DNA from: a virus
Lineage: Duplodnaviria; Caudoviricetes
Length of the DNA: 64,000 bases
Virus record (IMG/VR): IMGVR_UViG_3300047159_000056
Span: 1-64,000 of that record
Reading direction: 5' to 3' (one strand)
In this document: in pieces, positions 1 to 11,068 of the stretch
Position numbering within the stretch: position 1 is the first letter of the stretch
How the letters are laid out: every line of letters begins with the position of its first letter
Translations under genes and position numbers: made by a program
Notes under the pieces: model-generated
The model's input: only the letters and a program-made list of their open reading frames with translations
What the model was told of the DNA's origin: nothing
Databases searched by the model: none

Positions 1-30
1 TCTTTCGGAGTATAAGTACATGGACTTGTA

Positions 31-579
31 CTATGTATCAAGTCTATACCAATCATGCTCGTTCTCGATTGATCCCAATATATGACCTGGTCCAATTATA
101 TAGGAATAATAAATAGAATTCAACTTAAACAAGACCATATAGTATTTATTTCCCTTGTTAGATTCTCTATAACAATATATTACAATATAATTAGTTGCTG
201 TTTCCATTCCTATATCTATGACACCACTATGAAATTTATCTACTATGTCTTTATATAGTTCATTAATTAATTTTTCTGACTTTCTTATATTATTCAGTCT
301 CTTAACAATAGTTTTGCTTTTCAAATTAATAGGAACTTTTATAACTGATCTATAAATGTTATCAAAATAATTATCGATGTCTATTGCGCAATTATTTTCT
401 ATCCAAATAAAATCTTTCCCCGTTACTCCCGCATTTAGAGAAAGATCCAGATCATTATTTTTAGCATTAAAACTAACACAGATATCACAAACTCCTGATA
501 TAATGCCATTAAAGTAATAAACATTCATATTTGTTTTAATATAATCATTGTTTATTACATGTACTAAGATTCCGCTCAT
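31..579 (-). CDS. hypothetical protein
   Basis: 182-aa ORF, ATGA-coupled to the upstream gene. Confidence 0.7.
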   Translation of the reverse strand: MSGILVHVINNDYIKTNMNVYYFNGIISGVCDICVSFNAKNNDLDLSLNAGVTGKDFIWIENNCAIDIDNYFDNIYRSVIKVPINLKSKTIVKRLNNIRKSEKLINELYKDIVDKFHSGVIDIGMETATNYIVIYCYRESNKGNKYYMVLFKLNSIYYSYIIGPGHILGSIENEHDWYRLDT

Positions 580-1229
580 ACCTTATATCCTCCAAATAGT
601 TTTTGTTTAAGGCCAGATAATTTTTCAAAGGTATCTGAAAATAATTTAATAACATCTTCTACTTTAATTCTTCCGGTTTCTTTGTATTCTGGTGAAGTTC
701 CGTTAATACAATTAAGAAATTCTTCATTAGTAATTATTCTGCTTTCCATTTCGCAAATTTTTTTAGTATCATTTACTACAATGCGTGATAAATAATATTC
801 AGACTTATAATAAAATATACATTTAAAAATCTTTTCATTATTATTATAAACATTTTCTATGCTAGCAAATTCTCCTTTATTGACCCCAGGAAATTTAGTC
901 ACCTTATTATATGAGTCTCTGATTATGTGATAGGCATCTTTAATTTTTCTAAATCTTTTTATATTTATTTTTCTATTTATATTAATATCATAAAATTCTA
1001 TACTATTAGCTTCAGAAAAATTAGAAGGAGGATTGGTGAAATTATATTCTATTTTAAAATAAATATAAATACCATTAAGTAAATCACAATTATATTTTTT
1101 GTCGTTATATGTAGAAATAGAATATTCTACCTTCACGTAATTATCTATATCATTATAATAAGATTCTATCACTAAATAAAGACCAATCTCATTTAATATA
1201 TTTTTAAAATATGTAATTATTTTCTTCAT
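576..1229 (-). CDS. hypothetical protein (YK[LIV]-tail family)
   Basis: 217 aa, ends GGYKV, ATGA overlaps on both sides. Confidence 0.75.
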   Translation of the reverse strand: MKKIITYFKNILNEIGLYLVIESYYNDIDNYVKVEYSISTYNDKKYNCDLLNGIYIYFKIEYNFTNPPSNFSEANSIEFYDININRKINIKRFRKIKDAYHIIRDSYNKVTKFPGVNKGEFASIENVYNNNEKIFKCIFYYKSEYYLSRIVVNDTKKICEMESRIITNEEFLNCINGTSPEYKETGRIKVEDVIKLFSDTFEKLSGLKQKLFGGYKV

Positions 1230-1930
1230 TTCTTATACTTACTTATTATATTTAAGTCTCTAATTTCTTTTACTCTTCCTTCTAGTAAGTCTATAAATTT
1301 TTGATCTCTTTCAAACAAATATACGGAAGATGAATGTGACTTACTTATAACTTCATATATATAAGTTTTATCAGCTGGACAGGATGATACTCTAGATATT
1401 GTTTCATAAACATCTTCATGGAAATCTTTTCCAGAAATTATCCTAATCTCCCTAAACTTATTAGTAATATCAGAATAATAAGAGACCACAAAACCACTTC
1501 TAGACTTGATAATAGTAATAAAATAAGGGATATTCTCCTCAGATAGTGAAATCTTTTCTTCATTACTATCTATATATAAGCCAATTAAGTTATAGGTTTC
1601 ATCAATCTTTTCTATACAGGTCATAATTTTTCTAAGTCTATTGTTTATATGCTTATCCTTTTTATTATCAAAGGCAATATATTTATCTAGACATTTAAAA
1701 TAATCTGAATTCAAGGCTTCTATTGGGCTATCTGCATCTATGACCATATCAAAAATATCTTTCGTATCATTATATATAACTACTTCAGACAATATTTCAT
1801 AAGAGTCTGTAAAATACATATTTCTAATAGTATCATTCTCAACACAGTGTTCAGAGACCATATTTATTTTGCCAGAGGAACGAATTTTTTTTAGCATTCC
1901 TTTTATAACCCGTTCTCTTATTTCTCCCAT
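1226..1930 (-). CDS. hypothetical protein (YK-tail family)
   Basis: 234 aa, ends SKYKK. Confidence 0.75.
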   Translation of the reverse strand: MGEIRERVIKGMLKKIRSSGKINMVSEHCVENDTIRNMYFTDSYEILSEVVIYNDTKDIFDMVIDADSPIEALNSDYFKCLDKYIAFDNKKDKHINNRLRKIMTCIEKIDETYNLIGLYIDSNEEKISLSEENIPYFITIIKSRSGFVVSYYSDITNKFREIRIISGKDFHEDVYETISRVSSCPADKTYIYEVISKSHSSSVYLFERDQKFIDLLEGRVKEIRDLNIISKYKK

Positions 1931-2106
1931 AATTCGAAATGTTTATCCTTGGAATCTTTGAATATTCTACACAATGGATCTATGCCATACTTATTATTAT
2001 AGCACAGTTCATTATTTAGTAAGACACATTCTAAGCATCCATTACTCTTTTTGTTTCTAACCAATTCAATTTTCTTTTCTTTTAAAATAATTGTTCTGTT
2101 TTTCAT
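1918..2106 (-). CDS. small Cys-rich hypothetical protein
   Basis: 62 aa with CxxC; promoter motif upstream at ~2127-2137. Confidence 0.65.
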   Translation of the reverse strand: MKNRTIILKEKKIELVRNKKSNGCLECVLLNNELCYNNKYGIDPLCRIFKDSKDKHFELWEK

Positions 2107-2175
2107 GATTAATTTTATTTTTCTTTCAATTATAAGGAACGGGGTTGAAAAAATAAGCCTAGAGTTTATTTCGCT

Positions 2176-2853
2176 CTAGGTTGTTATCTTATATCTAATT
2201 GGTCTAAAATAGTGATCGTTAAATATACTATCTGTCCACTCTATTGTTCTACCTACAAAACTAGATTCAACAGAATAAATTTCAACATTATCACAATCAG
2301 GAGTACATGCGTATTTTTTATGCAAGTAATCAATTATTTTTTCTTTAGAATCAAATAGATAAATATAATAGATTATTTCTAATTTAGTTGAATATTCTAT
2401 CAAATTATAGCTATCATCCTCTCTTTTTAGAATTAATCCATTATAACTAGAACAATAAAATTTATGAACATAGTTATTATCATCTGGAATAAAATCACGA
2501 AAATTTCTTCTATTTCCCTTAATTGATTCTTTACTCTTCAAATAATCCTCTATACTTTTTATTTTATCTGAAAACATACTAAATATATTAATATATTTAG
2601 TTTCAATTTTATTATATTTTTTACTATCTATTGTAGAATTAATAAAACATCCATCCCTATTCAAACAATCTATATTAAAATTACAATGACCAATCGCAAA
2701 CCTAATTCCTATTTTCTCATGTCCTAACCATACAATATCTAATCTATTATATAAAGCCAGTACATAGAGATCTTTAGAAATTTTATCATATTTTACCAAT
2801 ATATTACTAGTGCTATTATCTGACCAGCAATAAGATAATAATTTATAATTCAT
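2176..2853 (-). CDS. hypothetical protein (YK-tail family)
   Basis: 225 aa, begins MNYKLLS, ends RYKITT. Confidence 0.75.
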   Translation of the reverse strand: MNYKLLSYCWSDNSTSNILVKYDKISKDLYVLALYNRLDIVWLGHEKIGIRFAIGHCNFNIDCLNRDGCFINSTIDSKKYNKIETKYINIFSMFSDKIKSIEDYLKSKESIKGNRRNFRDFIPDDNNYVHKFYCSSYNGLILKREDDSYNLIEYSTKLEIIYYIYLFDSKEKIIDYLHKKYACTPDCDNVEIYSVESSFVGRTIEWTDSIFNDHYFRPIRYKITT

Positions 2854-3533
2854 ATTTTATAAGGAATTATTTTAGGATTTACTTCATCTATAAACCAATT
2901 TACAAAATCCATCATAAATTTATTATTAACAAAATATCTATGAAGATCCTGCATATAGTCATCCCCAGAGAATAGGAGAGATCTTAGCCATTCTTTACAT
3001 AGATCCTTGGTTCCAATTTCTATAAGAGAAGCCTTTACCTCTTCATTATTGTAATTATATTTAATAGCATAGAATTTTTTATCTAGACTATTCATGAAAA
3101 CAGTTACAGTACTCTCATAGTTTAACTGAAATCTAGTAACAGACTCTATATCATCTGGCAAGTTATCTAGAAGTTGTTTATAATATGTTTTTGGATAATA
3201 TAGGTTGTTATCTATGTAGCATAATTTACTGAGAATGCTACTAAACAAAGAAATAAACTTACATTTACTACTTTCAAACCTAGATTTATCTATAGGAGTA
3301 GAGATTGATCCATTATTTGTAGGGAGTCTAGTTTCCCAATTGCTTTTTAATAGACCTATATGTTTTAGACAACTACAGCCAATTATTTCTGGTTTCCCTA
3401 TAGTAGTTGTATATATTTCCTCTATTATGCTTTCTTTATTTTCAATTGGGATTGTTTTTATATATGAATTTTTAATTATTGTTCTATGACATTCTAATCC
3501 TCCTGAAACTAATTTATATTTTGAATTATCCAT
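2850..3533 (-). CDS. hypothetical protein (YK-tail family)
   Basis: 227 aa, begins MDNSKYKLVS, ends PYKI. Confidence 0.75.
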   Translation of the reverse strand: MDNSKYKLVSGGLECHRTIIKNSYIKTIPIENKESIIEEIYTTTIGKPEIIGCSCLKHIGLLKSNWETRLPTNNGSISTPIDKSRFESSKCKFISLFSSILSKLCYIDNNLYYPKTYYKQLLDNLPDDIESVTRFQLNYESTVTVFMNSLDKKFYAIKYNYNNEEVKASLIEIGTKDLCKEWLRSLLFSGDDYMQDLHRYFVNNKFMMDFVNWFIDEVNPKIIPYKI

Positions 3534-3697
3534 AATAAAAATTTCATTACATATCGTATATAAGGAAAAAGAGGCCTAGAGTTTATTTCACTCTAGGTCA
3601 TTTCTTTTCTCATTTCTCTCGAATATTACATTAATTAAGTTATCAATTAAGTATATCGGGCTAATTAAGACTTTTAATATTAGTTTTGCAATGGTTC

Positions 3698-3889
3698 TCA
3701 TATTGCGGTCTTTTTTATCTTAGTAGTAATACGGCTAAGATTTACATCGCTACAGTTGATGCCTAATAGTTTAAGCATCTCATTATTGCACTTAAATTGA
3801 TTTTCTCCAATTTTTTTAGAGAAAATACAATTCTTACACTCACTCTCCCCTTCATTAAATTCAAGGGTAACTTTGATTTTCTTTCCCAT
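3698..3889 (-). CDS. small Cys-rich hypothetical protein
   Basis: 63 aa with CxxC..C..C. Confidence 0.6.
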   Translation of the reverse strand: MGKKIKVTLEFNEGESECKNCIFSKKIGENQFKCNNEMLKLLGINCSDVNLSRITTKIKKTAI

Positions 3890-3893
3890 ATAT

Positions 3894-4328
3894 TTATTTT
3901 TCTACTATGATATTATTAGACTCTATTGCTACATAAGAACCCAAATTTTCTATTAAGTCCTTTCCTAATCCACTCTCATTACTTTCTTCATAACTAACTC
4001 CACTAAAAGTAGAATATCCGATTGTTAATGTTACTTCTTCGCGATCTTTGTCATAATCGCTGAGGCTTTCTATCTGATCTTTTGTCAAATATACTTTACC
4101 TCCATTCATTAATTTAAATAGAGACTCATCCCCATGGTTTATTCTAGCCTTGAGATATTTATTGTCTCCTTTTTGCTGTATGGTTATCTCCCACTTACTG
4201 GGTCCCATATTTTCGGCTTTTTGAATACCGAAACTTCCACTCTTAATATACATAAAAATGAAAGCACTTACAAATAACATTGCTACTATAAAAACAATAG
4301 CAGCTTCTTTTTCACTTTCTTGTTTCAT
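3894..4328 (-). CDS. membrane-anchored hypothetical protein
   Basis: N-terminal hydrophobic helix; promoter motif upstream. Confidence 0.7.
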   Translation of the reverse strand: MKQESEKEAAIVFIVAMLFVSAFIFMYIKSGSFGIQKAENMGPSKWEITIQQKGDNKYLKARINHGDESLFKLMNGGKVYLTKDQIESLSDYDKDREEVTLTIGYSTFSGVSYEESNESGLGKDLIENLGSYVAIESNNIIVEK

Positions 4329-4364
4329 TTTTCTTCTTTTTTTAAATTACTATAGATAAGGGTT

Positions 4365-4643
4365 TTAAGCCAAATAGTAATTGTCAAGAAAAGTGTCAAG
4401 CTCTTTAAATTCTTCAGTGTCTTTTATTAATAACCAATCAGGATCAAGTTCTTTCTTATCTGTTATCCACTCAAAATTTAATCCTCTTGCTGATGGACCA
4501 CTAAGCTTCTTAATAAATTCCTCAGTCTTTAACTTTGGAAATCTAAGAAAGAATTTATCTAAGAGAACTTTTAATTTCTCTAATTGATCCTTTCCTGGTT
4601 CAACATTTTCTTTTCCTCTAATCCCACTAAGAATTTTACTCTC
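4365..4643 (-). pseudogene. 3' part of a phage gene interrupted by IS607 (5' part at 6662-6710)
   Basis: Open frame ESKILSGIRGK... starts at the IS right junction; MKDDEIQVDSIK lies beyond the left junction. Confidence 0.55.
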
Positions 4644-4689
4644 TATAGTTATATAAATTATAGTAAAACATAGAAATGTTGTTACTATT

Positions 4690-5904
4690 TTATTTTGCAA
4701 TTTTAATAATTACCGGATGAACTACAACACCCACTATTCCTTGGCTAAATGCACCGGGAACTGCCTTCTTAAGAATATTAAGTGAACCATTTATATCAGC
4801 GTTAATTAATTTTCCTCCTGCTGTCCTAAATAATCCTCTTCTTACTCTTTTTCCTAAATAAGAATCATGTTTTTCTATTGATTCATTATCTAGGAAACTA
4901 CATTTACTGGTATAAGATTCTTCATTAGTTATAAATCTTATTCCTGCCTCTTCACACTTATATTTTAGAATTTCTTTAAACTTATAAAAAGGAATCTGAA
5001 CAAAATTTTGATTATTTGTTTTTCCAAGATTAGTGTTTTGTTTCCACTCTTTATTATATCCTAATACTAGGGTATCTATATTGTTAGAAACTAAGTAATT
5101 CACTATAAATCTAGTTGTTTTATGAAAATAATCTTTTATTTTATTTTCTCTTTTTATTGTCATTCTTTCTATTCTTTTTGTACTGTATCTATGATTAAGT
5201 GTTTTAGAGATGGATTGATAATAAGATTTCTCCTTATTCCAATATTGATTGATATTTTTTACTGGAGTTCCTTTTATAATAATTGGAACCATCTTAGTAT
5301 TGCTTGTCATAGAAACTAAGTTATCAACTCCTAAGTCTATAGAAGCACAATTCTTAGGGTTATCTAATATACTGATGTTTCTAGTTGGTGCTTCATAGAC
5401 AAGATTAATATAAATATGACTTCCGTGATGAGAAATAGTTACTTCCTTAAGACTATCCCACGTAACTCTTCTTGTATTAATAGGAATATTAAAATTAGTT
5501 CTATATAAGTGCAATATGTTTTCAGAATATCTTTTCTTAGATATAGCCTGCTTGTCATATATTACAATATTTCTTCCCTCTAATCCCCTATCTTTATATT
5601 TTGGTATCTTAGCAATACATCCAGGAGTTTTAAGAAGAGCAAAGAAAGACATCCAATTCTTGTCTAGTTTTCTAAGAATATCTTGACTAACCTTAGCTGG
5701 AAGAGCTCTATAGTCCGGATTATTTGCTTTAACTAAGATTCTATTGAGACTATAATAATTTGTGTAAGACTTATTTAATATATAGTTTTGTCTTATTATA
5801 TAGTTTGCTGCATTATATAGGTTCTTAGATAAAAAACATAAGTTATCTAGAGTTTTCCAGAGGGAGTTAGTTTTCTTAATCAGGATTTTCTCCGTCTTTA
5901 TCAT
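4690..5904 (-). CDS. tnpB: RNA-guided endonuclease TnpB
   Basis: SKNLYNAANY N-terminus, RuvC motifs SIDLGVD, EESYTSKC and NADINGSLNI. Confidence 0.93.
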   Translation of the reverse strand: MIKTEKILIKKTNSLWKTLDNLCFLSKNLYNAANYIIRQNYILNKSYTNYYSLNRILVKANNPDYRALPAKVSQDILRKLDKNWMSFFALLKTPGCIAKIPKYKDRGLEGRNIVIYDKQAISKKRYSENILHLYRTNFNIPINTRRVTWDSLKEVTISHHGSHIYINLVYEAPTRNISILDNPKNCASIDLGVDNLVSMTSNTKMVPIIIKGTPVKNINQYWNKEKSYYQSISKTLNHRYSTKRIERMTIKRENKIKDYFHKTTRFIVNYLVSNNIDTLVLGYNKEWKQNTNLGKTNNQNFVQIPFYKFKEILKYKCEEAGIRFITNEESYTSKCSFLDNESIEKHDSYLGKRVRRGLFRTAGGKLINADINGSLNILKKAVPGAFSQGIVGVVVHPVIIKIAK

Positions 5905-6469
5905 TTTCTAATTCTTTTATTAATTTTTCAGTTCTTCTTTTTGTTCTTCTCTGACCATATAGTCTAGAGCAAAAAGATGTAATAATGGAAACAAAATCTG
6001 TCATTAGATCATTATTGTCTCCAACCATATTATTAACTACTTCAATTGATCTTCCTTGCATTTCTAGTAATTTTTGAATATAGTTTATTCCAAATCTAGC
6101 TAATCTATCTTTATGCTCTACTACTATAATATCGATTCCCTTATCAAGTAGGAGTTTTTCAAGTTTAGGTCTATTATCATTGAGACCAGAACCTATTTCT
6201 TTTACTATATGCTTTACCTTATATCCTTTGGCATTGCAATAAGAAATCAGTCTATCAGCTTGACTATCAAGATTAGTTTTATTTTCAGAACTGGATATTC
6301 TAACATAGATAGCAACATTTGGATCTTTCTTAGTTTTTTCATTATCAATAACCCAAATATGACCCGTTGAATCTTTTTCGTAATCTACTTTTCCAAGTTT
6401 TGTCCAGTTCCATGCAGTTCTCTTTGAGATTCCCTGCATCTTAGCAAATTGTGATAATTTATATTTCAT
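5876..6469 (-). CDS. tnpA: IS607 transposase (serine recombinase with N-terminal HTH)
   Basis: AIYVRISS, EIGSGLNDNRPKL, EHKDRLARFG, SFCSRLYGQR. Confidence 0.95.
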   Translation of the reverse strand: MKYKLSQFAKMQGISKRTAWNWTKLGKVDYEKDSTGHIWVIDNEKTKKDPNVAIYVRISSSENKTNLDSQADRLISYCNAKGYKVKHIVKEIGSGLNDNRPKLEKLLLDKGIDIIVVEHKDRLARFGINYIQKLLEMQGRSIEVVNNMVGDNNDLMTDFVSIITSFCSRLYGQRRTKRRTEKLIKELENDKDGENPD

Positions 6470-6736
6470 GTTTTTAAAGGTTTAATTAAATTTATTTCAC
6501 ATATAAGGATTAGTTAAAAAATGGGGTGAAAAATTGGGTTACTTTGCTACATTATTGCCCATTTTCTAACAATAAATAACAAAATAACCCCACCCTAGAA
6601 TAAATTCTTTAAATCGGCTATATAATTACACTTTTAATAATATAAATTAAAATACTATATCAAGTATTATTTATCTTAATTGAGTCTACCTGAATTTCGT
6701 CATCCTTCATATCTCTATATCCAACTACTTTGAAAA

Positions 6737-7429
6737 TTACATCTTCCATTTTCTTCTATATATTTTGCAAGAAACACTATAAGCTTTTTCAAGTCTACTA
6801 AGTATATCTTTAATTAAATTTTCATCTGGACGGTAAACATATAATTTAGATTCTCTAAAATTTTCTAAGATGAATTCTTTTATGCTATTAATATTATTTT
6901 CTATATTAATCCCAGTAAATTTATCTACCACAACCGATGACATGTTATAATTAACTAATTCCCAATATTTATATAATGTTAATGTTTTATCATCTTCTTT
7001 AATAAATATAAGCTGGACGGCACGAGATAAATTTTTTTGTAATTTTTCTCTAACTATATATACAAAATAATATTTATTAGTTTTGATAAAATCCTGTATT
7101 ATTCTTGCATCTTCAGAATCAAAACCACTACTATACTCTGATGTACTATAGATAGAGAACAAAAAAGAATAATGACTCTTGATAATGAAATTAGTACTAT
7201 TACAAATATTAGATATTATTGTGTAACATCTATCTAATTGTTCATAGTCTTTATTATTATCAGGAGACATTATGTATGTTTGTCTATCGTAATATTTGTC
7301 TAACCAATCCTTAGTGGCTTCCCTAGACTCTTTATATTTTAGTATATCTTTTTTTGATATACATTTTTTTAGTTCTATATATTCTCCAACATCTTCTTCT
7401 GGTAGATCAAAGTTTCCGTCTATTCCCAT
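6737..7429 (-). CDS. hypothetical protein (family member; true start probably ~7578, frameshifted)
   Basis: Ends RRKWKM; promoter and A-rich ATG at 7576-7606. Confidence 0.65.
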   Translation of the reverse strand: MGIDGNFDLPEEDVGEYIELKKCISKKDILKYKESREATKDWLDKYYDRQTYIMSPDNNKDYEQLDRCYTIISNICNSTNFIIKSHYSFLFSIYSTSEYSSGFDSEDARIIQDFIKTNKYYFVYIVREKLQKNLSRAVQLIFIKEDDKTLTLYKYWELVNYNMSSVVVDKFTGINIENNINSIKEFILENFRESKLYVYRPDENLIKDILSRLEKAYSVSCKIYRRKWKM

Positions 7430-7607
7430 ATGATGATTTAGTCCTATGATTATTTTAGACGCATCCTACCTATTAATCCACTCTTTATGAAGTTGTATTT
7501 TATGCTGGCCTTCATGTGTTCCTTTTCACCCCCAGGCATTTCCCAAAATACATTTGCTTTAAAATATTCACTCTTCATTTTTTTTAATTTCATTTCATAA
7601 GTAAGGA

Positions 7608-8327
7608 TCATAGCTTCCAAGGAGATCTTTTAAAACCGGATTTATAGTCATCTCATCTATGTATACTTTAATCAGGTCTTTACTAAATTTATATAAGATC
7701 ACTATTTTTTGTTTACTCCTCTCAAATAAGCATCTCGGAAAATCATTCTCTCCTACTATATTAACATAGGAATTACAAACCTTATATGATTCATAAAATG
7801 TAGAGACTCGTTTTCTTGACATCCTAAGTGTATGAAAAGAAACAGTTCCAAACTTATCATGATGCTCCATATCATAGTAAACACATAAGCTTCTATAAGT
7901 CTCATCCTCTGAATCAACATCAATTACTCAAGACCGCTTTATTATTTTCTAGAAGATCTCTTTTCTTCCCAGCATCTTCTAGTGTTATATTATCCTCCAT
8001 ATTAATTAAGTAATCAAATATGGTGTTTACAGGAGTCTTCATATTTTCAATTATTCTCAATCTTCTACGATATCTAGTTTCAGTAATTGAAATAAGATCA
8101 TTAGATTCCCTACGTTCAATAAATTCTCTCACTTCTGATGGATTAACCTCTCTATTAGTGTTAATAAAGCTATCTATTGTATAACCAAACCACTTATCGC
8201 TTTCTTCATTATAATCAATTAGAAAAGTACTACTAGATGAGAGGATATTTTTTCCTTTATCTATACTATATAAATCTAATCTATTATTATTATTATTTCT
8301 TCTAAAGATTATATAATATTCATTCAT
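7608..8327 (-). pseudogene. frameshifted YK-tail family gene
   Basis: Consecutive fragments 7920-8327 and 7595-7870; an alternative frame ends GFKRSPWKL* at 7608; total length ~240 codons like its neighbours. Confidence 0.55.
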
Positions 8328-8818
8328 AATTTATATTTTGAAAACTTTATACTATTAATAAGGTCTTTAACCTCATTTATAGTTTCTTCTGCATAGTTAT
8401 CTGGAATCTTATTATAACTGTATCCTTTTTCTACTGGATCTTGTAAAAATTCTTGATCACTCATATATTTGTCTAAGGTGATCTTAATAGCATCTATCAT
8501 ATCTGTAAAGAATAGTCTATAAAAAACACCATCTAATTTAAAACTACAGAACCCTTTATACTTACAGAGATAGCTTGTTCTTTCTCCGTAAGCAATATTT
8601 CCATCATTTAAGAATGTTATTAGATTTATATCTCTACCAATTGCTTTAGACTGGGGACTTTTTCCAAACTTCCTTATATCATTAATAAGTTTTTCCATTA
8701 TTGACCTAGTATTAGTAATGCAATTTTCAATTTTATGCTTACCAATATCAAATCTACTTTTATTCACGCTTATATATTTATCCGGTGTATCACGTCTAAT
8801 TTCATTCTTAAAATACAT
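8324..8818 (-). CDS. hypothetical protein (YK-tail family; 5' part to ~8977 probably frameshifted)
   Basis: Ends SKYKL. Confidence 0.65.
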   Translation of the reverse strand: MYFKNEIRRDTPDKYISVNKSRFDIGKHKIENCITNTRSIMEKLINDIRKFGKSPQSKAIGRDINLITFLNDGNIAYGERTSYLCKYKGFCSFKLDGVFYRLFFTDMIDAIKITLDKYMSDQEFLQDPVEKGYSYNKIPDNYAEETINEVKDLINSIKFSKYKL

Positions 8819-8979
8819 TATAGTAAGACCGATAAAAGTTTTACAGGTAGTAGGACCCCAGAGTTCTTCTCAACACAATAGGATAAGTCTACCCAATTAT
8901 CTTCATTTGCTTTAAAATATGTAATAGATACTAGAGATAAGATAACTTGTTTTTGAACTATTTACTTCTACTCCATATA

Positions 8980-9684
8980 TCATATCTTATATCTCCTAAG
9001 CTTTATTTTATTATTTATTATATCATCAATCCAATATAAGATTCTTTTTCTTTCGGGTTCAGATATCTTAATATATGAATCTTCTTTGGCTAATTTCCAC
9101 CTAGATATATAGTTTATCTCAAACTCTATTCCTCTAAAAGTTGTATTTCCCGTTTTATCTGAATATTCATCCTTCTTAATGCTAATCATATATTGAGCAA
9201 AATTATTATCTCTACAATTATTAATTATAAAAGATACATAATCATCGTCTGCTCTAAAAAAGCATATTTCATTATCCCCAATCTTTTTAGAGGAATCAGA
9301 TATAGTTGCTTTTCTATTTCTTATAAGTTTATACATAAAGTGATGAAACCGTTTAATATTATTTCTTTGTTCTCTGATCTTTTCCTTCATTTTTTTATAA
9401 GTCCTAATGCCTATATAGTTACTTATACTAGTATAACATGACGTTTCAGTTTCTCCCTCATAGTCATAATTAAAATTTGTTTTACTATTATCCTCATATT
9501 CAATTATGTCTGAATATGATATAACTTCATTAAAAACATTATTTGTATAACCGGTCATGTAGGATACTGTTTTTTCACCAGGAGTATCACAAAATATCTG
9601 ATTATATACAGTATCCTTGTTTCTTTTTGTTCCTATTAATTCTTTTCTACACAGAACATGAAGTCTATGTATATATATTTTCAT
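8980..9684 (-). CDS. hypothetical protein (YK-tail family)
   Basis: 234 aa, ends RRYKI. Confidence 0.75.
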   Translation of the reverse strand: MKIYIHRLHVLCRKELIGTKRNKDTVYNQIFCDTPGEKTVSYMTGYTNNVFNEVISYSDIIEYEDNSKTNFNYDYEGETETSCYTSISNYIGIRTYKKMKEKIREQRNNIKRFHHFMYKLIRNRKATISDSSKKIGDNEICFFRADDDYVSFIINNCRDNNFAQYMISIKKDEYSDKTGNTTFRGIEFEINYISRWKLAKEDSYIKISEPERKRILYWIDDIINNKIKLRRYKI

Positions 9685-10355
9685 AATTTATAAGATTTTA
9701 ATTTTATAGGAAAATTCTTAACGTAATTATCAGACAATTCCTTAATATTTTCTACTAGACTTTTATCTTTAATAATATCAGTCATCATAATATTATTAGG
9801 AAATATATATTCCATAATAAAGCTGCGACAATCATCTTCACTATTATAATCTGTATAAATAAATCTTAATGTCACCTTATCTTGAATTTCTAATCTTATT
9901 AATCTAAACTTGCCACTATCTAATTTAATAACTATGGTACACCTATTTTCTTTTAGATTTATATAAGTGAGCTCATCTGTATTTTGAGGGAAACTAACTA
10001 GCTCAGCCTTAATTTCTTTTAAATCAAGTCTATCTTTTATTGTTTTTATACTATCTTTCATTTTAGATATATACTCCCGAAAGGCTTTACCGTAGTTTAT
10101 ATAATCTGTTTCTGTAATTTCTTTTTCTATTCCATTCAGATAATCTACATTTGAAACATAATTTATAAGTTCAATAGAATGCACAATAATACCATTATAA
10201 GGAGGATCATGATAAATATCCTCCCTTACAGTTATTTTATAGTATTGATATATATCATAAGAATCTCCCTTAGTAATCTTTGCATATTCATTAGATAAGA
10301 AAAATCCATTATGGTCTTTACTAGTAGTTGCTATTAATTTATATTCTTCTATCAT
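9681..10355 (-). CDS. hypothetical protein (YK-tail family)
   Basis: 224 aa, ends NFPIKLKSYKL; similar to 10352-11068. Confidence 0.78.
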   Translation of the reverse strand: MIEEYKLIATTSKDHNGFFLSNEYAKITKGDSYDIYQYYKITVREDIYHDPPYNGIIVHSIELINYVSNVDYLNGIEKEITETDYINYGKAFREYISKMKDSIKTIKDRLDLKEIKAELVSFPQNTDELTYINLKENRCTIVIKLDSGKFRLIRLEIQDKVTLRFIYTDYNSEDDCRSFIMEYIFPNNIMMTDIIKDKSLVENIKELSDNYVKNFPIKLKSYKL

Positions 10356-11068
10356 AATTTAAATAATATTGGTTTTAAAGGAAAATTATTAATATAATAA
10401 TCAGACCAATCTCTAAAATTGTCTGCAAATTCTTTACTACTTATTATATCATATTCCATAGTTGAAGCAAAATCTGCTTCATCTTGTAAATAAATCTTTG
10501 TCATAAATCCATCTTCAAGATCTATATAGCTAAAAAATTTATCATCCATATCATTATTTAAGTTTACTATTCTAAATTTAAGACTATTCTCCAACCTAAA
10601 GATAATAAAATAACCAGCTCCATTTACTTCGTAATCTAGTTTTAAATATCCAATCTCATTAATATCTTTCGGAAGATTTATATAATCAAGGTTACTAATT
10701 TCTGATAAATTAAATCTATGATCTAATAGTTTTTTCCTGTTCTCAATGCTAGAGGTACATTTATGAAATTCTGTATATCGATCTTCATAGTATTCCTCAG
10801 TTATATTTTTTACTACTAATTTACGTTCCATCGGTTCATCATATCGTCTTCCGCTATAAAAAAGTATTCTAGATATAGTTCCATAAAATTCGAAGTTTTT
10901 AGCTTGGAAAGGTTTATTAAAAAATGTTGTCGATATTATTTCATAGTAATCATAACCCGGAATATCTTTAGATTCATTTCTATATAAGTTTGTTATATAG
11001 TGTACTATTCCAAATGTAACTTCTTGCGTTGAGTAATATGAAACTAAATAACATTCTGCCTTTTCCAT
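10352..11068 (-). CDS. hypothetical protein (YK-tail family)
   Basis: 238 aa, ends NFPLKPILFKL. Confidence 0.78.
   Translation of the reverse strand: MEKAECYLVSYYSTQEVTFGIVHYITNLYRNESKDIPGYDYYEIISTTFFNKPFQAKNFEFYGTISRILFYSGRRYDEPMERKLVVKNITEEYYEDRYTEFHKCTSSIENRKKLLDHRFNLSEISNLDYINLPKDINEIGYLKLDYEVNGAGYFIIFRLENSLKFRIVNLNNDMDDKFFSYIDLEDGFMTKIYLQDEADFASTMEYDIISSKEFADNFRDWSDYYINNFPLKPILFKL

Larger units (their letters stand above)
4644..6659 (-). mobile_element. IS607-family insertion sequence
   Basis: Serine-recombinase tnpA overlapping tnpB; ends TATAGT...ACTATA, each flanked by a TC (GA on minus) dinucleotide. Family is confident, exact ends less so. Confidence 0.85.
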
